DNA from: Candidatus Bathyarchaeota archaeon
GTDB lineage: Archaea; Thermoproteota; Bathyarchaeia; 40CM-2-53-6
Assembly: GCA_963833125.1 (NCBI GenBank)
Contig: CAWHWX010000016.1
Span: 160,001 to 224,000 of the forward strand
Length of the DNA stretch: 64,000 nucleotides
Direction: 5' to 3'
The translations under genes and the position numbers were made by a program. Position 1 is the stretch's first letter. Each line of letters opens with the position of its first letter. Below, in pieces: positions 29,814 to 40,703 of this stretch. The notes under the pieces were generated by a model. The model worked only from the letters and a program-made list of their open reading frames with translations, did not search any database and had not been told where the DNA came from.

Positions 29814-31665
29814 ATGACTACGCGGACGGAGGTTAACCAGCTGGCTACTATTACCGACGTAGGTCAATTGCCAAGGTGGGATCTTTCCAATGTATATGCC
29901 GGCCTTGAGACCGATTCTCTTCGAAAAGCTATCTCCGATTTGGTCGGCCAAATTGACGCCTTGGATGAGTATCTCGATCGCTATAAAATATCCAGAACAA
30001 CCAATCCAGTTTCCAGCTACTCCCCTATCCAAGCGAAACCGCTCATCGATGGCTACTTGGATCGAACCAACAAAGCATTGCGTCTATACTCGACCATCAA
30101 CGCATACGTATCTTCATTCGTTACAACAGACTCCTACAATACGAACGCAAAGCGGCTTGAATCGGAACTCGAAATGGTCGGGGTTCGACTGCAGAAGCAA
30201 GAGGTGCGATTCAGAGGCTGGGTCGGTACAATTAAAGAAGCTTTGCCATCGGTCCTCGAAGCGAATGGAACCTGCGAAGGACCACGCGTTCTACCTACGC
30301 GAAACAGCCGAACAAAGTCGTTACCTCATGAGTGAACCCGAGGAAGCCTTAGCATCCGAGCTTGAACTGAGCGGATCAAACGCTTGGAGCAAACTCCAAG
30401 GCACTATTTGCTCTCAACTAACCGTTAATTTCGAACTCGACGGAAAGCCTCAGACAATTCCAATAACAACTCTTCAAAACTTAAGCCATCATCCCAACGC
30501 GGATGTTCGACGGCGAGCCTACGAAACCGAACTCGCTGCATGGGAAACCGCACGCGAGCCCTTGGCTGCTGCGCTCAACGGCGTGAAGGGAAGTTCAATC
30601 ACGATTGACAAACGACGCGGTCGAAAAGATGCACTCCACGATTCACTCGACACCTCAAGAATCGACCGCGAGACCCTAGACACTCTACTTTCGGTAATGC
30701 GTGAATCGTTCCCCACATTCCGGCGATATCTACAGGCCAAAGCAAAGCGACTTGGACACGATAGACTCCCGTGGTGGGAACTATTCGCACCAGTTGGGAA
30801 GAATGAGAGGAGATACACCTGGCAGGAAGCGATCAGTTTCATTCTCACCCAGTTTCGAAGTTTTGATGAACGATTAGAAAAACTCGCAAAGAAAGCGTTC
30901 GACAATCATTGGATCGACGCTGAACCACGTAACGGCAAACGTGGCGGAGCATTCTGCATGGACGTTCCTGGAGTTGAAGAATCTCGCATACTCTGTAATT
31001 TCGATGGTTCTCTCGACCAAGTTTCCACCGTGGCTCATGAGTTAGGGCACGCTTTCCACAACGAGTGTCTCTCCGGAAAACAGTTGCTGCAGCGGACCAC
31101 ACCGATGACCCTGGCGGAAACCGCTTCGATTATGGATGAAACAATCATCACTAATGCAGTACTAGCGCAAGCAGCGAATCCGGAAGAGGAATTGGCAATT
31201 CTAGAAACTTCCCTGATCGGTTCTAGTCAGGTGATCGTTGACATAACCTCACGCTTCCTATTTGAGAAGGAAGTGTTCGAAAAACGCGCGAACTCCGAAC
31301 TATCGGCAGACGATTTCTGCGAAATCATGTTGAGATGTCAAAAGGCTACCTATGCCGACGGATTAGATGAGAAGTTTCTTCACAAATACATGTGGGCTTG
31401 GAAGGTTCATTACTACATCCCCAGCTTCTCATTCTACAACTATCCTTATGCCTTCGGCTTGCTCTTCGGTACAGGCCTGTACGCAATTTACAGAGAACAA
31501 GGGCGGCAATTTGTTAAAGACTACGAGAACCTGCTAGCAAGCACAGGTGAAGCTACACCTGCAGAACTAGCTGCGAGATTCGGAATAGACATTCACAAAC
31601 CGGATTTCTGGCGTGGCAGCATGCGCGTCATCGAGGAACGGGTTCAGCGGTACATCAAACTATAG
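29814..31665 (+). CDS. pepF: Oligoendopeptidase F (M3B); frameshift near 30270
   Basis: RWDLS.VY N-terminus; GKRGGAFC, HELGHAFH, AETAS and FYNYPYAFG. Confidence 0.92.
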
Positions 31666-31674
31666 TAGCTATGC

Positions 31675-32478
31675 TTACTCATCGACCCGACCTCCTACAG
31701 TTCGCAGTTCCCTCCTCATTTCCTTCAATGCACCGCTCACCGTATGTGTGGCTCTCGTTTGACTCTTCGAGAAGGTAGAGAAGTGTAGCTCAATGTGGGG
31801 TCGACCACTCGCCTCAACGCCGCGAGGATGCGACTTGATGTAAACCCCAGCCCAGTGGCTCATTACGCGATCGATGATTGGAGCCAGTGCGGACTCCATG
31901 ATCCCACTGATCTTAATCCATTCTTCGGAGAAGATCTTCCCACCTGCCTTTGCACGTATCCTTTTCGATATTGACTTTTGGAATATTGCCTTCATCTCGG
32001 GTGGAACACCAGGGAGACAGAAGATCTGAGTTCGCCTCACAGTCAGCCAGACTGCTGGGGCTGTTCCTACCGGATTATGCAACGGGGTTGACCCCTCTGG
32101 TATCCGTCCCATCTTCAAACGCGGTTTCGTGAATTCAATTGATTCGTGGAATCTTCGTTCATAATGTTCACGAATCAGCTGAACCGCCTCTTTATCCAGC
32201 TTAACTCGTCGCCCTACCGCCTTGGCCACGCCTTGTAACGTCATATCATCAAAAGTAGGCCCAATTCCTCCCGTGGTGATCAGGAAGTTAGGTGCCCGCC
32301 GTAGCGACTCCTTAACCGCTCGTGAAATTTCGCCCAAATTATCTCCAATAGTCGTTACTCGCACAACCTCGCCTCCAAGAGAGGTTACCTGCGAGGATAA
32401 CCATGATGCGTTCGTATTGATTGTGTTTCCGAGTAGCAACTCGTTGCCAATCGACAATATCTCAACGACGCAAGTCAA
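31675..32478 (-). CDS. CinA N-terminal/MoCF-domain protein (competence/damage-inducible protein A-like)
   Basis: IGNELLLG...NTN, TGGIGPT.DD.T, NPVGTAP, LPGVP.EM and YIKSHP. Confidence 0.9.
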   Translation of the reverse strand: MTCVVEILSIGNELLLGNTINTNASWLSSQVTSLGGEVVRVTTIGDNLGEISRAVKESLRRAPNFLITTGGIGPTFDDMTLQGVAKAVGRRVKLDKEAVQLIREHYERRFHESIEFTKPRLKMGRIPEGSTPLHNPVGTAPAVWLTVRRTQIFCLPGVPPEMKAIFQKSISKRIRAKAGGKIFSEEWIKISGIMESALAPIIDRVMSHWAGVYIKSHPRGVEASGRPHIELHFSTFSKSQTRATHTVSGALKEMRRELRTVGGRVDE

Positions 32479-32577
32479 TCTAGCTTACGCTCGACAAACA
32501 ATCAAGGCTCTATGAATAAACGGTGTCTGTATAAACGAATAGATCGATCGTCCGTACGTTTCAGTAGTATCGGGAGG

Positions 32578-32808
32578 CTAATCAGTTTTCTTGGAGAGCC
32601 ACCATTTCAGGTAATCGTTCTGTTTGCGCCTACGTTGCTCTTCTGGAGATTCTCTTTCCCTGAGTTTCAGCCGGCCTTCCATGAGTTGCTGTGCGCTAGT
32701 TGTAAGCCCGCAGCTTTTGCAGGTGTAGTGTTTTAGCGCGCTATCGTAGGTCAATATTCCTCCACATTCTAAGCAGTAATTCGTTGTCACTTGGACATTG
32801 GTCTCCAA
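32578..32808 (-). CDS. Small Zn-ribbon protein
   Basis: CLECGG...YTCKSCG with C-terminal DYLKWWLSKK. Confidence 0.75.
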   Translation of the reverse strand: METNVQVTTNYCLECGGILTYDSALKHYTCKSCGLTTSAQQLMEGRLKLRERESPEEQRRRKQNDYLKWWLSKKTD

Positions 32809-32848
32809 GTGGGTAGGTTTGTGGCGCGCTAGTTAAACCTGTAGCACG

Positions 32849-34628
32849 TCATTCTTTGGCGGCAACGTAGTAGAATTCTCCAGAACTCTTTTGCTCCTTA
32901 TCCAGCTTGCTATCCAGCTTGTTTATTCGCGGGCGCAGTGTGTCGGGGTCGACGTCTAAACGTGATTCCCATTTCGGAGAGGAAGGTGTTCATCGCCTCG
33001 CACAACGGCATGGGGTTGGAACTGCTGCCGTCAACGCTTGGAGTTCCTTTGAAAACCATCATACGGTCCGCGAGGAAATCTTGAGTGACAATGTCATGTT
33101 CAACCACAAACCCGAAGGCTTGCCGAGAGTCGACCAAGTGTCTTACCGCCTTAGCTACGTTCAGCCTCTCCTCGACGTCGAGGAATGCGCTTGGTTCGTC
33201 GAGCAAGTAGACTTGAGCTGACTTTCCGAGACATGCGGTAATCGCGACCCGTTGCAGTTCTCCGCCGCTTAGCTCGGTTATTTTTCGGTCGAGAAGTTTA
33301 GTGATAGATAAGGGCTTAATGACTTCATCAGTGAACATTGCAGATGAATAGTCTTCGACCACACTCATGAGGAGCTCCTGAACGTTTCCTTCGTAGGTTG
33401 AAGAGATGTATTGGGGCTTGTAACTAACTTGGAGTTGATTCTGGCTTGATTTTTCGTAGTAATCGAGAAGTTCCTTGATGAATGTGGTCTTGCCGATTCC
33501 GTTGGACCCTAATATTCCGATGATTTCGCCGGCTGCAACGTGGCCCGGGTCAACTTGAAGGTGGAAATCTCCAATCGTCTTTGTAATCCTTGGCCATTCA
33601 AGCCGAGTTTGAGATTCGAAGTCAATCTCCCGTGGCGGTCTAACATGAAATCGGATAGGGTCGTCCCTAAACCTCATGTTTTCATCGGGCAGGAATCCGG
33701 ACAGGTAATCATTGATTCCGCCCCGTGTCGGGTGAACGTGGGACACTATACCGTAGGATCCAGGCTGACCATAAACGAGGTAGACTTCATCAGAGAGGTA
33801 GTCGAGCATTGCCAAATCATGCTCGGCGACAAGTACGGTCTTTTTCTCTTCGAGTAGCTTCCTAATGCTTCTTGCAGCTCGAATTCGTTGGTAAATGTCC
33901 AGGTAACTTGACGGTTCGTCGAAGATGTAGACGTCGGCCTTTCTGGAAATAGCTGCTGCGATGGCGACCCTTTGAAGTTCACCTCCGCTTAGCACCTTAG
34001 CGTCTCGTTCGAGCAACGGTTTCAATTCAAGGTCATCAATCAATTCCGAAAGCTTACCGCGTTCGTCGACCTTATTCAGTAACCCGCCTATCTTCCCCTT
34101 GAGAATCTCGCCGAGTTTGTCGACGTGTTGCGGCTTGTGAACGATCTTCACGTCGCCAGAAGAAATGTTGGTGAAATACTCATGAAGCAAAGTACCACGG
34201 TACCTGTTTAGGACGGTGTCCCAGTCGGTCGTTGCTTCAGTTGTGCCGAAGTTCGGTTTCATCTCTCCGCCTAGTATACGGAGGGCTGTGCTCTTTCCTG
34301 TGCCGTTTCTCCCCACAAGACCGATCAGCGTTCCCGGGCGGGGCACGGGCAACCTGAAGAGTTTGAATTCGTTTACGCCATAACTGTGAATGCATTCGCC
34401 GTCAAGTTCCTGCGGCAGCTTCACAATACTAATCGCGTCGAAGGGGCACTTTTTGATGCAGATTCCGCAACCCGTGCAGAGGTCCTCGTCGATTATGGGT
34501 TTCTTCTGTCCGGCTATGAATTTGATCGCGTAACTCCTATTGAGAACTTCGGGGCAGAAACGGTAACATGGTATGCCGCAGTCATCTGGCTTGCAATGTT
34601 CCTTGTCCAGTGTGGCGACGCGTAACAA
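32849..34628 (-). CDS. rli1: Ribosome recycling ATPase ABCE1/Rli1; one extra base near 32951
   Basis: N-terminal Fe-S domain (CTGCGICIKKCP) and two ABC domains (LSGGELQR). The corrected C-terminus reads TFRRDPDTLRPRINKLDSKLDKEQK...*. Confidence 0.96.
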
Positions 34629-34707
34629 TATTACTTCATTCCCCGTATGAAATTTCGACTAGATTAGTGCGGCAGATTAGAATTAGGCAGATCGTAGCTG
34701 GGCCTTA

Positions 34708-34800
34708 TTACCACTCCTCTTCTTCTCCCCAGCCTTCATCCTCTCCCCATTCATCGTCGGTCCAGTCATCTTCCTCTCCGTCCCAATTATCTTCACTCAA
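34708..34800 (-). CDS. 30-aa acidic Trp-repeat microprotein (not in ORF track)
   Basis: TTG start, MSEDNWDGEEDDWTDDEWGEDEGWGEEEEW, double TAA stop. Upstream are a GAAGGT SD-like site and an AAAAGTTTAAA BRE/TATA. Confidence 0.7.
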   Translation of the reverse strand: MSEDNWDGEEDDWTDDEWGEDEGWGEEEEW

Positions 34801-34982
34801 AAGTCGGACCTTCGACGCGAGTTCGTTAAGCCGTTAAAGAGGCTCCTTTAAACTTTTGGCCATGGAAAGTGGGTGATGCCGCACAAACACACCGCTACTG
34901 CCCAACTAATCTGATCGCAGGACATGTACCTGTTCCGCCGGGATCACGTTCATAATCGCAACTTGGCGATGCTGACTGGCGT

Positions 34983-35933
34983 CTAAGGTAAGCGGGATAC
35001 TATTTTCCCTCTGAAATTCGCCATGGGTTGCTTCATTGAAGGCGTAGAGTAGGCCCAGGGCATGTAGGCAGTGTTGTGAACTGCGGCGATCTTTCCGTCT
35101 CGGTCAATCGCTATTATTCCCGCATGGCCACGCAACCTCTCTGACGCGATACGAACACAGGCTTCAGCCGCTTTAGCGGCTGATAATCCGCTGCCCATCA
35201 TCAAACACGTGGTCCTTGAGAGTGCTAGCTTTACTGCGATTTCTCCCCACCCAGTTGCGGTTGCAGTTCCCAACCGATTGTCCGAATACAACCCCGAACC
35301 TATCTGGGGTGTATCTCCAATTCTTCCTGGCAATTTCATCGCCATACCTCCAGTAGATGCAGCCGAGGCAAGGTTTCCATCCGCATCAACGGCCACCGCC
35401 CCCACAGTATCATGTTCCAGAATTTCTGGATGTTTACGAATTAGCCTAGGATTCTTCTTCAGCCATGCCACCCTTCCTTTAACGTAATTTTTCTTCATTT
35501 CTTTGAAGATTTTCCGCCGTCTAGCTGTGATTGGGTTACCGGTAGGGAGGCGAAACGCCTTGCCTATCTTTTCGGCCGTCTCGCCCGCTAAGAGTACATG
35601 GTCGGTGTTTTGCATCACCAGTCGGGCTAGGTGGATGGGGTTCTTGGTATTGCGGATCATGGTAACGGCGCCCGCGGACAGGTCGCGTCCATCCATAATC
35701 GCTGCATCCATCTCCACTGTACCGATACAGGTGAGTGCCGAACCCGTTCCCGCGTTGAAGATTGGGTCGTCTTCCATCACGGAGACGGCGGCTTCAACAG
35801 CGTCAAGGGCTGAGCTACCGTCGGCGAGTATTCTCGACCCTTCCGACGCCGCCTTTTGCACCCCTTCTCTGCCCAGTTTGATGTCCTTTCTCCAAAAACC
35901 GGCTCCGCCGTGAACAACAATCTGGGCCTCCAT
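34983..35933 (-). CDS. Isoaspartyl peptidase/L-asparaginase (Ntn hydrolase)
   Basis: VHGGAG, FNAG.G, EMDA.IMDG, DTVGAVA, STGG, GRIGD and TG.GE. Confidence 0.95.
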   Translation of the reverse strand: MEAQIVVHGGAGFWRKDIKLGREGVQKAASEGSRILADGSSALDAVEAAVSVMEDDPIFNAGTGSALTCIGTVEMDAAIMDGRDLSAGAVTMIRNTKNPIHLARLVMQNTDHVLLAGETAEKIGKAFRLPTGNPITARRRKIFKEMKKNYVKGRVAWLKKNPRLIRKHPEILEHDTVGAVAVDADGNLASAASTGGMAMKLPGRIGDTPQIGSGLYSDNRLGTATATGWGEIAVKLALSRTTCLMMGSGLSAAKAAEACVRIASERLRGHAGIIAIDRDGKIAAVHNTAYMPWAYSTPSMKQPMANFRGKIVSRLP

Positions 35934-36040
35934 TCAGTATCGCCTATTCTTCGGTTTGATTCTAAGGGATTCTCTGTGACTCGCGGACTAATCTTTAAGC
36001 AGTTTGCGATGAAATACTCGTTCAGGGTTGCGTCGTCTCT

Positions 36041-36664
36041 TTGGTGCGTGTATTGAAGGCGGACTTGGATGGGTTGGCAAGCGCCGCAGATACCGTTGCC
36101 AAAGGCGGAGTAATTTGCTACCCAACAGACACCGTGTACGGTTTAGGGTGCGATCCACTAAATTCATCGGCGATCAAGAGGACAGTGGAGGCAAAGGGAG
36201 GTCGGACGAAGCCGTTGCCAGTCTTGGTGAAAGGACTGGCTGATGCGGAGGGGCTTGTGTATGTAACTAATCGTGCGAAACGAGTAGCTGAGAGTTTTTG
36301 GCCTGGCCCATTGACGATGGTTCTTCCCTCTCGTGACATTGTTCCCACAATACTCGCTCCCGAGAGAAGGGTGGGCGTTCGTTCACCGAAGCACCCCATC
36401 TGCCTGGACCTATTGGGGCTCTGCTCGGGGGCATTGATTGGGACGAGTGCCAATCTCTCGGGAAGACCTCCCGCGACTACAGCTTTGGAGGCTTTGAAGG
36501 AACTCGGAGACCGAGTAGACATAATACTTGATGGAGGCAGGGCCCCGCTCGGCGTAGCCTCCACCGTCGTAGACCTGACACAAGCCAAAGTTACTATTTT
36601 GCGAGAGGGCCCGGTAGAGCGGTCGGAGATAATTCGTTGCCTGCGGCAGCGTCGGCCAAGATAG
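36041..36664 (+). CDS. sua5: L-threonylcarbamoyladenylate synthase (YrdC domain only)
   Basis: YPTDTVYGLG, FWPGPLT, TSANLSG, STVVD and LREG. Confidence 0.93.
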   Translation: MVRVLKADLDGLASAADTVAKGGVICYPTDTVYGLGCDPLNSSAIKRTVEAKGGRTKPLPVLVKGLADAEGLVYVTNRAKRVAESFWPGPLTMVLPSRDIVPTILAPERRVGVRSPKHPICLDLLGLCSGALIGTSANLSGRPPATTALEALKELGDRVDIILDGGRAPLGVASTVVDLTQAKVTILREGPVERSEIIRCLRQRRPR

Positions 36665-36707
36665 CTATTAATGTACAGATATCTTTCGGTAGGTTCGGGT
36701 CATCTCG

Positions 36708-37235
36708 TTGCTGAAGGACTTCAATCTGGTCGTATCGACTAGCCGAGGAAACGAGAGAAACACTTGCAGCGAGATGTGGTACCTTCTAGGGGAAGTTGGC
36801 GATCGGGGATCGACTATTGAAACCACTTCGGTCATTGGTTTGGTTGTCGCGAAGACGAAGCTTGACGTGGTCAAAGCGATTCACGATCTTCGCGGACTCT
36901 TGAAGGAAAGGCCGTGGGAATTCAAATACACGCTGAAGATGGTACCGGTTCAAACTGTTACAGAAGCGAAGCTCGAGACAATACAAGCCTCAGCGCTAAC
37001 GCTGGCTGCTGGAATTGCAGATAAAGAGACGTTCAGGATAACCGTTGAGAAACGGCACACCGGCCTCTCAAGCAAGACAATAATCGACACGATAGCGAAG
37101 AAGATTGAAAGAACCGTCAACCTCGAACATCCGGACAGAATACTCATGATAGAGATCATCGGAGAGTTAGCCGGCGCAGCCCTGCTTAAGGCGGAAGATA
37201 CCCTTTCGGTCGAGCGCGAGAAACGAAAATCCTAG
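36708..37235 (+). CDS. THUMP-domain RNA-binding protein
   Basis: FNLVVST.RG.E, TFRITVEKR and VNLEHPD...IEI. Confidence 0.88.
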   Translation: MLKDFNLVVSTSRGNERNTCSEMWYLLGEVGDRGSTIETTSVIGLVVAKTKLDVVKAIHDLRGLLKERPWEFKYTLKMVPVQTVTEAKLETIQASALTLAAGIADKETFRITVEKRHTGLSSKTIIDTIAKKIERTVNLEHPDRILMIEIIGELAGAALLKAEDTLSVEREKRKS

Positions 37236-37240
37236 CCAAT

Positions 37241-37807
37241 CTAATTCTTTAGCGCAAGCATCGCCGATCGCTCTATAGCCAGACGTTCAATTACGCTCGT
37301 GATAGGTTCCTTTCTCCGAATCATCGCTTTCAACTCTTTGTCCCCAATCTGAAACCCTGAACGCACGTTCTCGATTCTTGAGGGTGGCCAGTCATCGAGT
37401 AAAGCGTCGCTTGCAGGTTGGCCAAACAGTTGCTCGAGATAGTTTCCCGTAGCGGAGACCTGATTACTTGAGCTTCCCACAGCTAGAGCTGCTGTCCGGT
37501 TTGTTTCCGGAGTTACGCCGACGCGGGCTAACGCCTCATTGATTTGTCCGTTGCCTGAGACGTAGAGAAGAAGTTCCATCCCAAGGGATTTCGCAATTGG
37601 TTGCTTTGAACCGTAAGATTTGATCGCGTTGACCGTTGCCAGGAGCAAGTAGTGACTCCCAGGTACCCTATCCAGATCCACGCACTGAACGCTAACCTCA
37701 GGATACTTCTCGCGTGCGCTCCGAAGTAACTGCTCGATATTCTGCGGTTTAGTGTCGAATGCCGACATCCACACATATTGCCCAAGCTGGGGTATCTCGG
37801 AGAGCAC
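37241..37807 (-). CDS. cgi121: KEOPS complex subunit Cgi121
   Basis: H..LA...A, AKSLGMELLLYVSG..QI.EAL..VG and C-terminal IERSA. Confidence 0.88.
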   Translation of the reverse strand: MLSEIPQLGQYVWMSAFDTKPQNIEQLLRSAREKYPEVSVQCVDLDRVPGSHYLLLATVNAIKSYGSKQPIAKSLGMELLLYVSGNGQINEALARVGVTPETNRTAALAVGSSSNQVSATGNYLEQLFGQPASDALLDDWPPSRIENVRSGFQIGDKELKAMIRRKEPITSVIERLAIERSAMLALKN

Positions 37808-38403
37808 TATGTACCGCCGTCAGCGAGTTTGAGAAGTGCGCTGATGGTTTTTTTGTCAATCCTGCATTTGATTAGCGTTTCTCGAACACTTTTCATGTTA
37901 CGTCCCTCCGCCTTTGCTTCTTGAATCAGCAGGATTGTTGTTTCCAATCTTTCCCACGGAAAAACGATCCAGTTGCTCGTCGTTTCTGCGAAGAAGTCTG
38001 GTTTGAACTTGCTGTGAGGTTTATGGTAAACCGTCACGGTCCTAACTTCTCCGGCACCCCTTTCGCGAATGTGGTCTAATGCTACTAGAAGGCTTTCGCC
38101 CGTGTCAGCCACGTCGTCAACTATGAGGATTTTCTTCTTGGATATGTCTTCCGTTATTGGTTGGGTTACGATCGGTTTCCGGGCCGTCTTGCTGATGCCC
38201 ACATAAAACTCAATTTTAACATTCGCGGTGTGCGTGTTAGCCAAAAGGTCTGAGAGAATCCTCCCAGGCGCCCAGCCTCCCCTAGATACACCCACTATAA
38301 GATCAGGTTTGAATCCCGACTCCTTTATCCGGATGGCTAGGTTTAGGAGCATATCATAAATTTCATCCCAACTGGGTGCAACATAATCGCGAGAATTTGG
38401 CAT
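37807..38403 (-). CDS. Purine phosphoribosyltransferase (Gpt/Hpt-like)
   Basis: PDLIVGVSRGG, ILIVDDVADTGES and WIVFPWE. Confidence 0.92.
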   Translation of the reverse strand: MPNSRDYVAPSWDEIYDMLLNLAIRIKESGFKPDLIVGVSRGGWAPGRILSDLLANTHTANVKIEFYVGISKTARKPIVTQPITEDISKKKILIVDDVADTGESLLVALDHIRERGAGEVRTVTVYHKPHSKFKPDFFAETTSNWIVFPWERLETTILLIQEAKAEGRNMKSVRETLIKCRIDKKTISALLKLADGGT

Positions 38404-38453
38404 TAGGGTACCTTCAGAATCGAGGATTTTCAGATATCACTTCAAGTCTTTAT

Positions 38454-38527
38454 TGCGGTCAGCGGAGATGCATCTCCTCATCTGGCTGTGAGGGGCCTCG
38501 GTGCAGGTCAATCCACGTCATGCCGCA
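38454..38527 (-). ncRNA. Box C/D guide sRNA, dual guide, probably 16S rRNA helix 34
   Basis: Terminal stem TGCGG/CCGCA; C box ATGACGT (degenerate), D' CCGA, C' ATGAGGA, D CTGA. Guides ATTGACCTGC and ATGCATCTCC complement consensus archaeal 16S GCAGGTCAGT and GGAGGTGCAT. Confidence 0.72.
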
Positions 38528-38663
38528 GCTATGTTGGCCCGAGTCGCATTAACAAGTCTTACTGGATTGCCGGGGAAATTCATTTGAGGTTGCTACTACG
38601 ATAATAGTAATAAATCAGCTTAGCGGGAAGCGGTCAACCCTCACGTGGCCTTGACTGGATGGA

Positions 38664-40115
38664 TTGGTAAATTTGCTTGGCGATCTACTATATGGCGTCT
38701 ACACAGTCATCTCGGCCCTCATGTTCGCCTACGGTGCAAACTTCTACTATCTCACCTTCAGATCTTCACGAAACGAGTCCAAACCGAATCCTATGGCAAT
38801 CTCGCACTCAGACTTACCACGTGTTACGGTTCAGCTGCCAATCTACAATGAAAGGTACGTTGCGAAACGCATAATCGAAACTACATGTCAAGTCGATTAT
38901 CCGCGGTCAAAACTTGAAGTGCAAGTCCTAGACGACTCGACTGATGAAACGGCTGAGATCTGTAAAGAGACGGTACAAGAGTTTCGGAAAAAAGGTATGG
39001 ACTTAATCTACCTTCATCGCTCCGATCGTGCTGGTTACAAAGCCGGAGCCCTTCAAGAGGCTTTGAAAACTGCGAGTGGTGAATACATAGCCATCTTCGA
39101 TGCCGATTTTATTCCCCCCAAAGACTTCCTAATGAAAAGCCTACCTTACTTCACATCAAAAGACATTGGAATGGTGCAAACGAGATGGGGACACCTTAAC
39201 GACAATTATTCAACGCTAACAGGTGCCCAAGCTCTCAGTCTGGACGCTCACTTCCTGATTGAGCAGCGGGCGAGGAGTTACTCGGAACTCTTCATGGTCT
39301 TCAATGGAACGGCAGGAGTTTGGCGTAAGAACTGCATCCTAGATGCGGGCGGTTGGCAAAACACGCTCGCCGAAGACTTGGATCTGAGCTTTAGAGCGCA
39401 AATGAAGGGTTGGAAGTTTATCCTCCTCGATGACCAGCTGACGCCGGGGGAAGTTCCCGTACAAATGAATGCTTCGCGAAGACAACAGTACAGGTGGGCT
39501 AAGGGAACCGCCCAATGCGTGAGAAAATTCTTCGGAGAAGTTCTTGAGAGCCGCCTCAAAATAGGCACAAAACTTCAAGCACTATACCAATTAACGCGGC
39601 ATATCGTTTTTCCGCTTAGCATCCTACAGTTGTTGTTGCTCCCGTTTCTAATCGCTTGGGGTTTTGACCTTTCTCCAACGACGGGTATAGTTTCCCAGCT
39701 AACCCTGGGTCCTCTCGCCTACGTGTATGCGACCAGGAAGATGTATGGAAAGGACTGGCGTTCGATGTTACCTCGTTACATGTACCTCTTACTCTTCGGC
39801 GAAGGCATATCCTTAACGAATTCAATCGGATTCTTCCAGGGCTTGCTGGGTTACAAGGGCTCCTTTGAGCGTACGCCAAAGTACGGAATAATGGACAACC
39901 AGGATACATGGAAGGGGAAGCGTTACTCAGTTCCGTTTTCGTGGGTCACAAGTGGAGAAATTGCGCTTGCGGCTTATGGGGTCGTTGTGATTCTGATGGC
40001 TCTAATCAAAGGAAGCTTTCTCTTGGTGCCGAACCTTGCAGCACAAACTTTAGGTTTCATCTACGTCGCGGGATTAACGATCGTACATTCATTAGCTGGT
40101 CGGATGAAGATTTAA
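38664..40115 (+). CDS. Processive GT2 glycosyltransferase (cellulose-synthase-like, CslA-type)
   Basis: VTVQLPIYNE, DDSTD, GYKAGAL, FDAD, FNGTAG, LAED.D, QQYRW and FERTPK; C-terminal TMs. Confidence 0.92.
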   Translation: MVNLLGDLLYGVYTVISALMFAYGANFYYLTFRSSRNESKPNPMAISHSDLPRVTVQLPIYNERYVAKRIIETTCQVDYPRSKLEVQVLDDSTDETAEICKETVQEFRKKGMDLIYLHRSDRAGYKAGALQEALKTASGEYIAIFDADFIPPKDFLMKSLPYFTSKDIGMVQTRWGHLNDNYSTLTGAQALSLDAHFLIEQRARSYSELFMVFNGTAGVWRKNCILDAGGWQNTLAEDLDLSFRAQMKGWKFILLDDQLTPGEVPVQMNASRRQQYRWAKGTAQCVRKFFGEVLESRLKIGTKLQALYQLTRHIVFPLSILQLLLLPFLIAWGFDLSPTTGIVSQLTLGPLAYVYATRKMYGKDWRSMLPRYMYLLLFGEGISLTNSIGFFQGLLGYKGSFERTPKYGIMDNQDTWKGKRYSVPFSWVTSGEIALAAYGVVVILMALIKGSFLLVPNLAAQTLGFIYVAGLTIVHSLAGRMKI

Positions 40116-40116
40116 T

Positions 40117-40599
40117 TTGGATAAACGGGTTATTCTAGGACTAGCCGCCTTCTTGATTATCATCATTGTAGGCGGAGCGATGCTCTACTACGCGTATTAC
40201 AACTCCTTCTACGCCATGAACAGGGCTAATGCTCTCTTCAACCGAGCAGAGACAGCCGGTTTTGCGGAGGATATGATTGCTTACCTGCAGCGGGGCCGAG
40301 TTCTCCTACCAACGTCCGGAAACCCGGTATGGTGGTTTCCAACCGACAGGACGGATTTTGGTGAAATTCAGCACGACATAGACGGAATAATTGCCCGCGC
40401 TACGATCTTGGAGAGTCTACCCGGAACAGTACCGCGTATCAGACAGGGATGAATGATCTTCGCGGAAGAACCAAGGCACTAGAACTACAGGTTGCCGACG
40501 CATCCGGATACTTGTTTGTTAGCGGTTGGAACGTAGTTGCCGCTGCATTTTGGCTGGCGATCTTCGCGAATTGTTGCCTTCCTAGTGAAGAGGCGATAG
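40117..40599 (+). CDS. Small membrane protein coupled to the GT2; frameshift near 40420 (3' end approximate)
   Basis: N-terminal TM and LPTSGNPVWWFPT..TDF. Continues in a shifted frame as NSTAYQTGMNDLR... plus a second TM. Confidence 0.65.
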
Positions 40600-40703
40600 A
40601 AAAGCTACTACGTCAGTAGTAGTAACTCTTTTATACCGACTCGACCCAGCGAGCCCGACGGGCAAACCTGAAAAATTGGAAAAGTTCGAAGAGGTGACAA
40701 ATC

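Noticed and set aside
32898-32922. Tandem repeat TATCCAGCTTG
   Set aside because: It encodes KLDSKLD in the corrected ABCE1 C-terminus.
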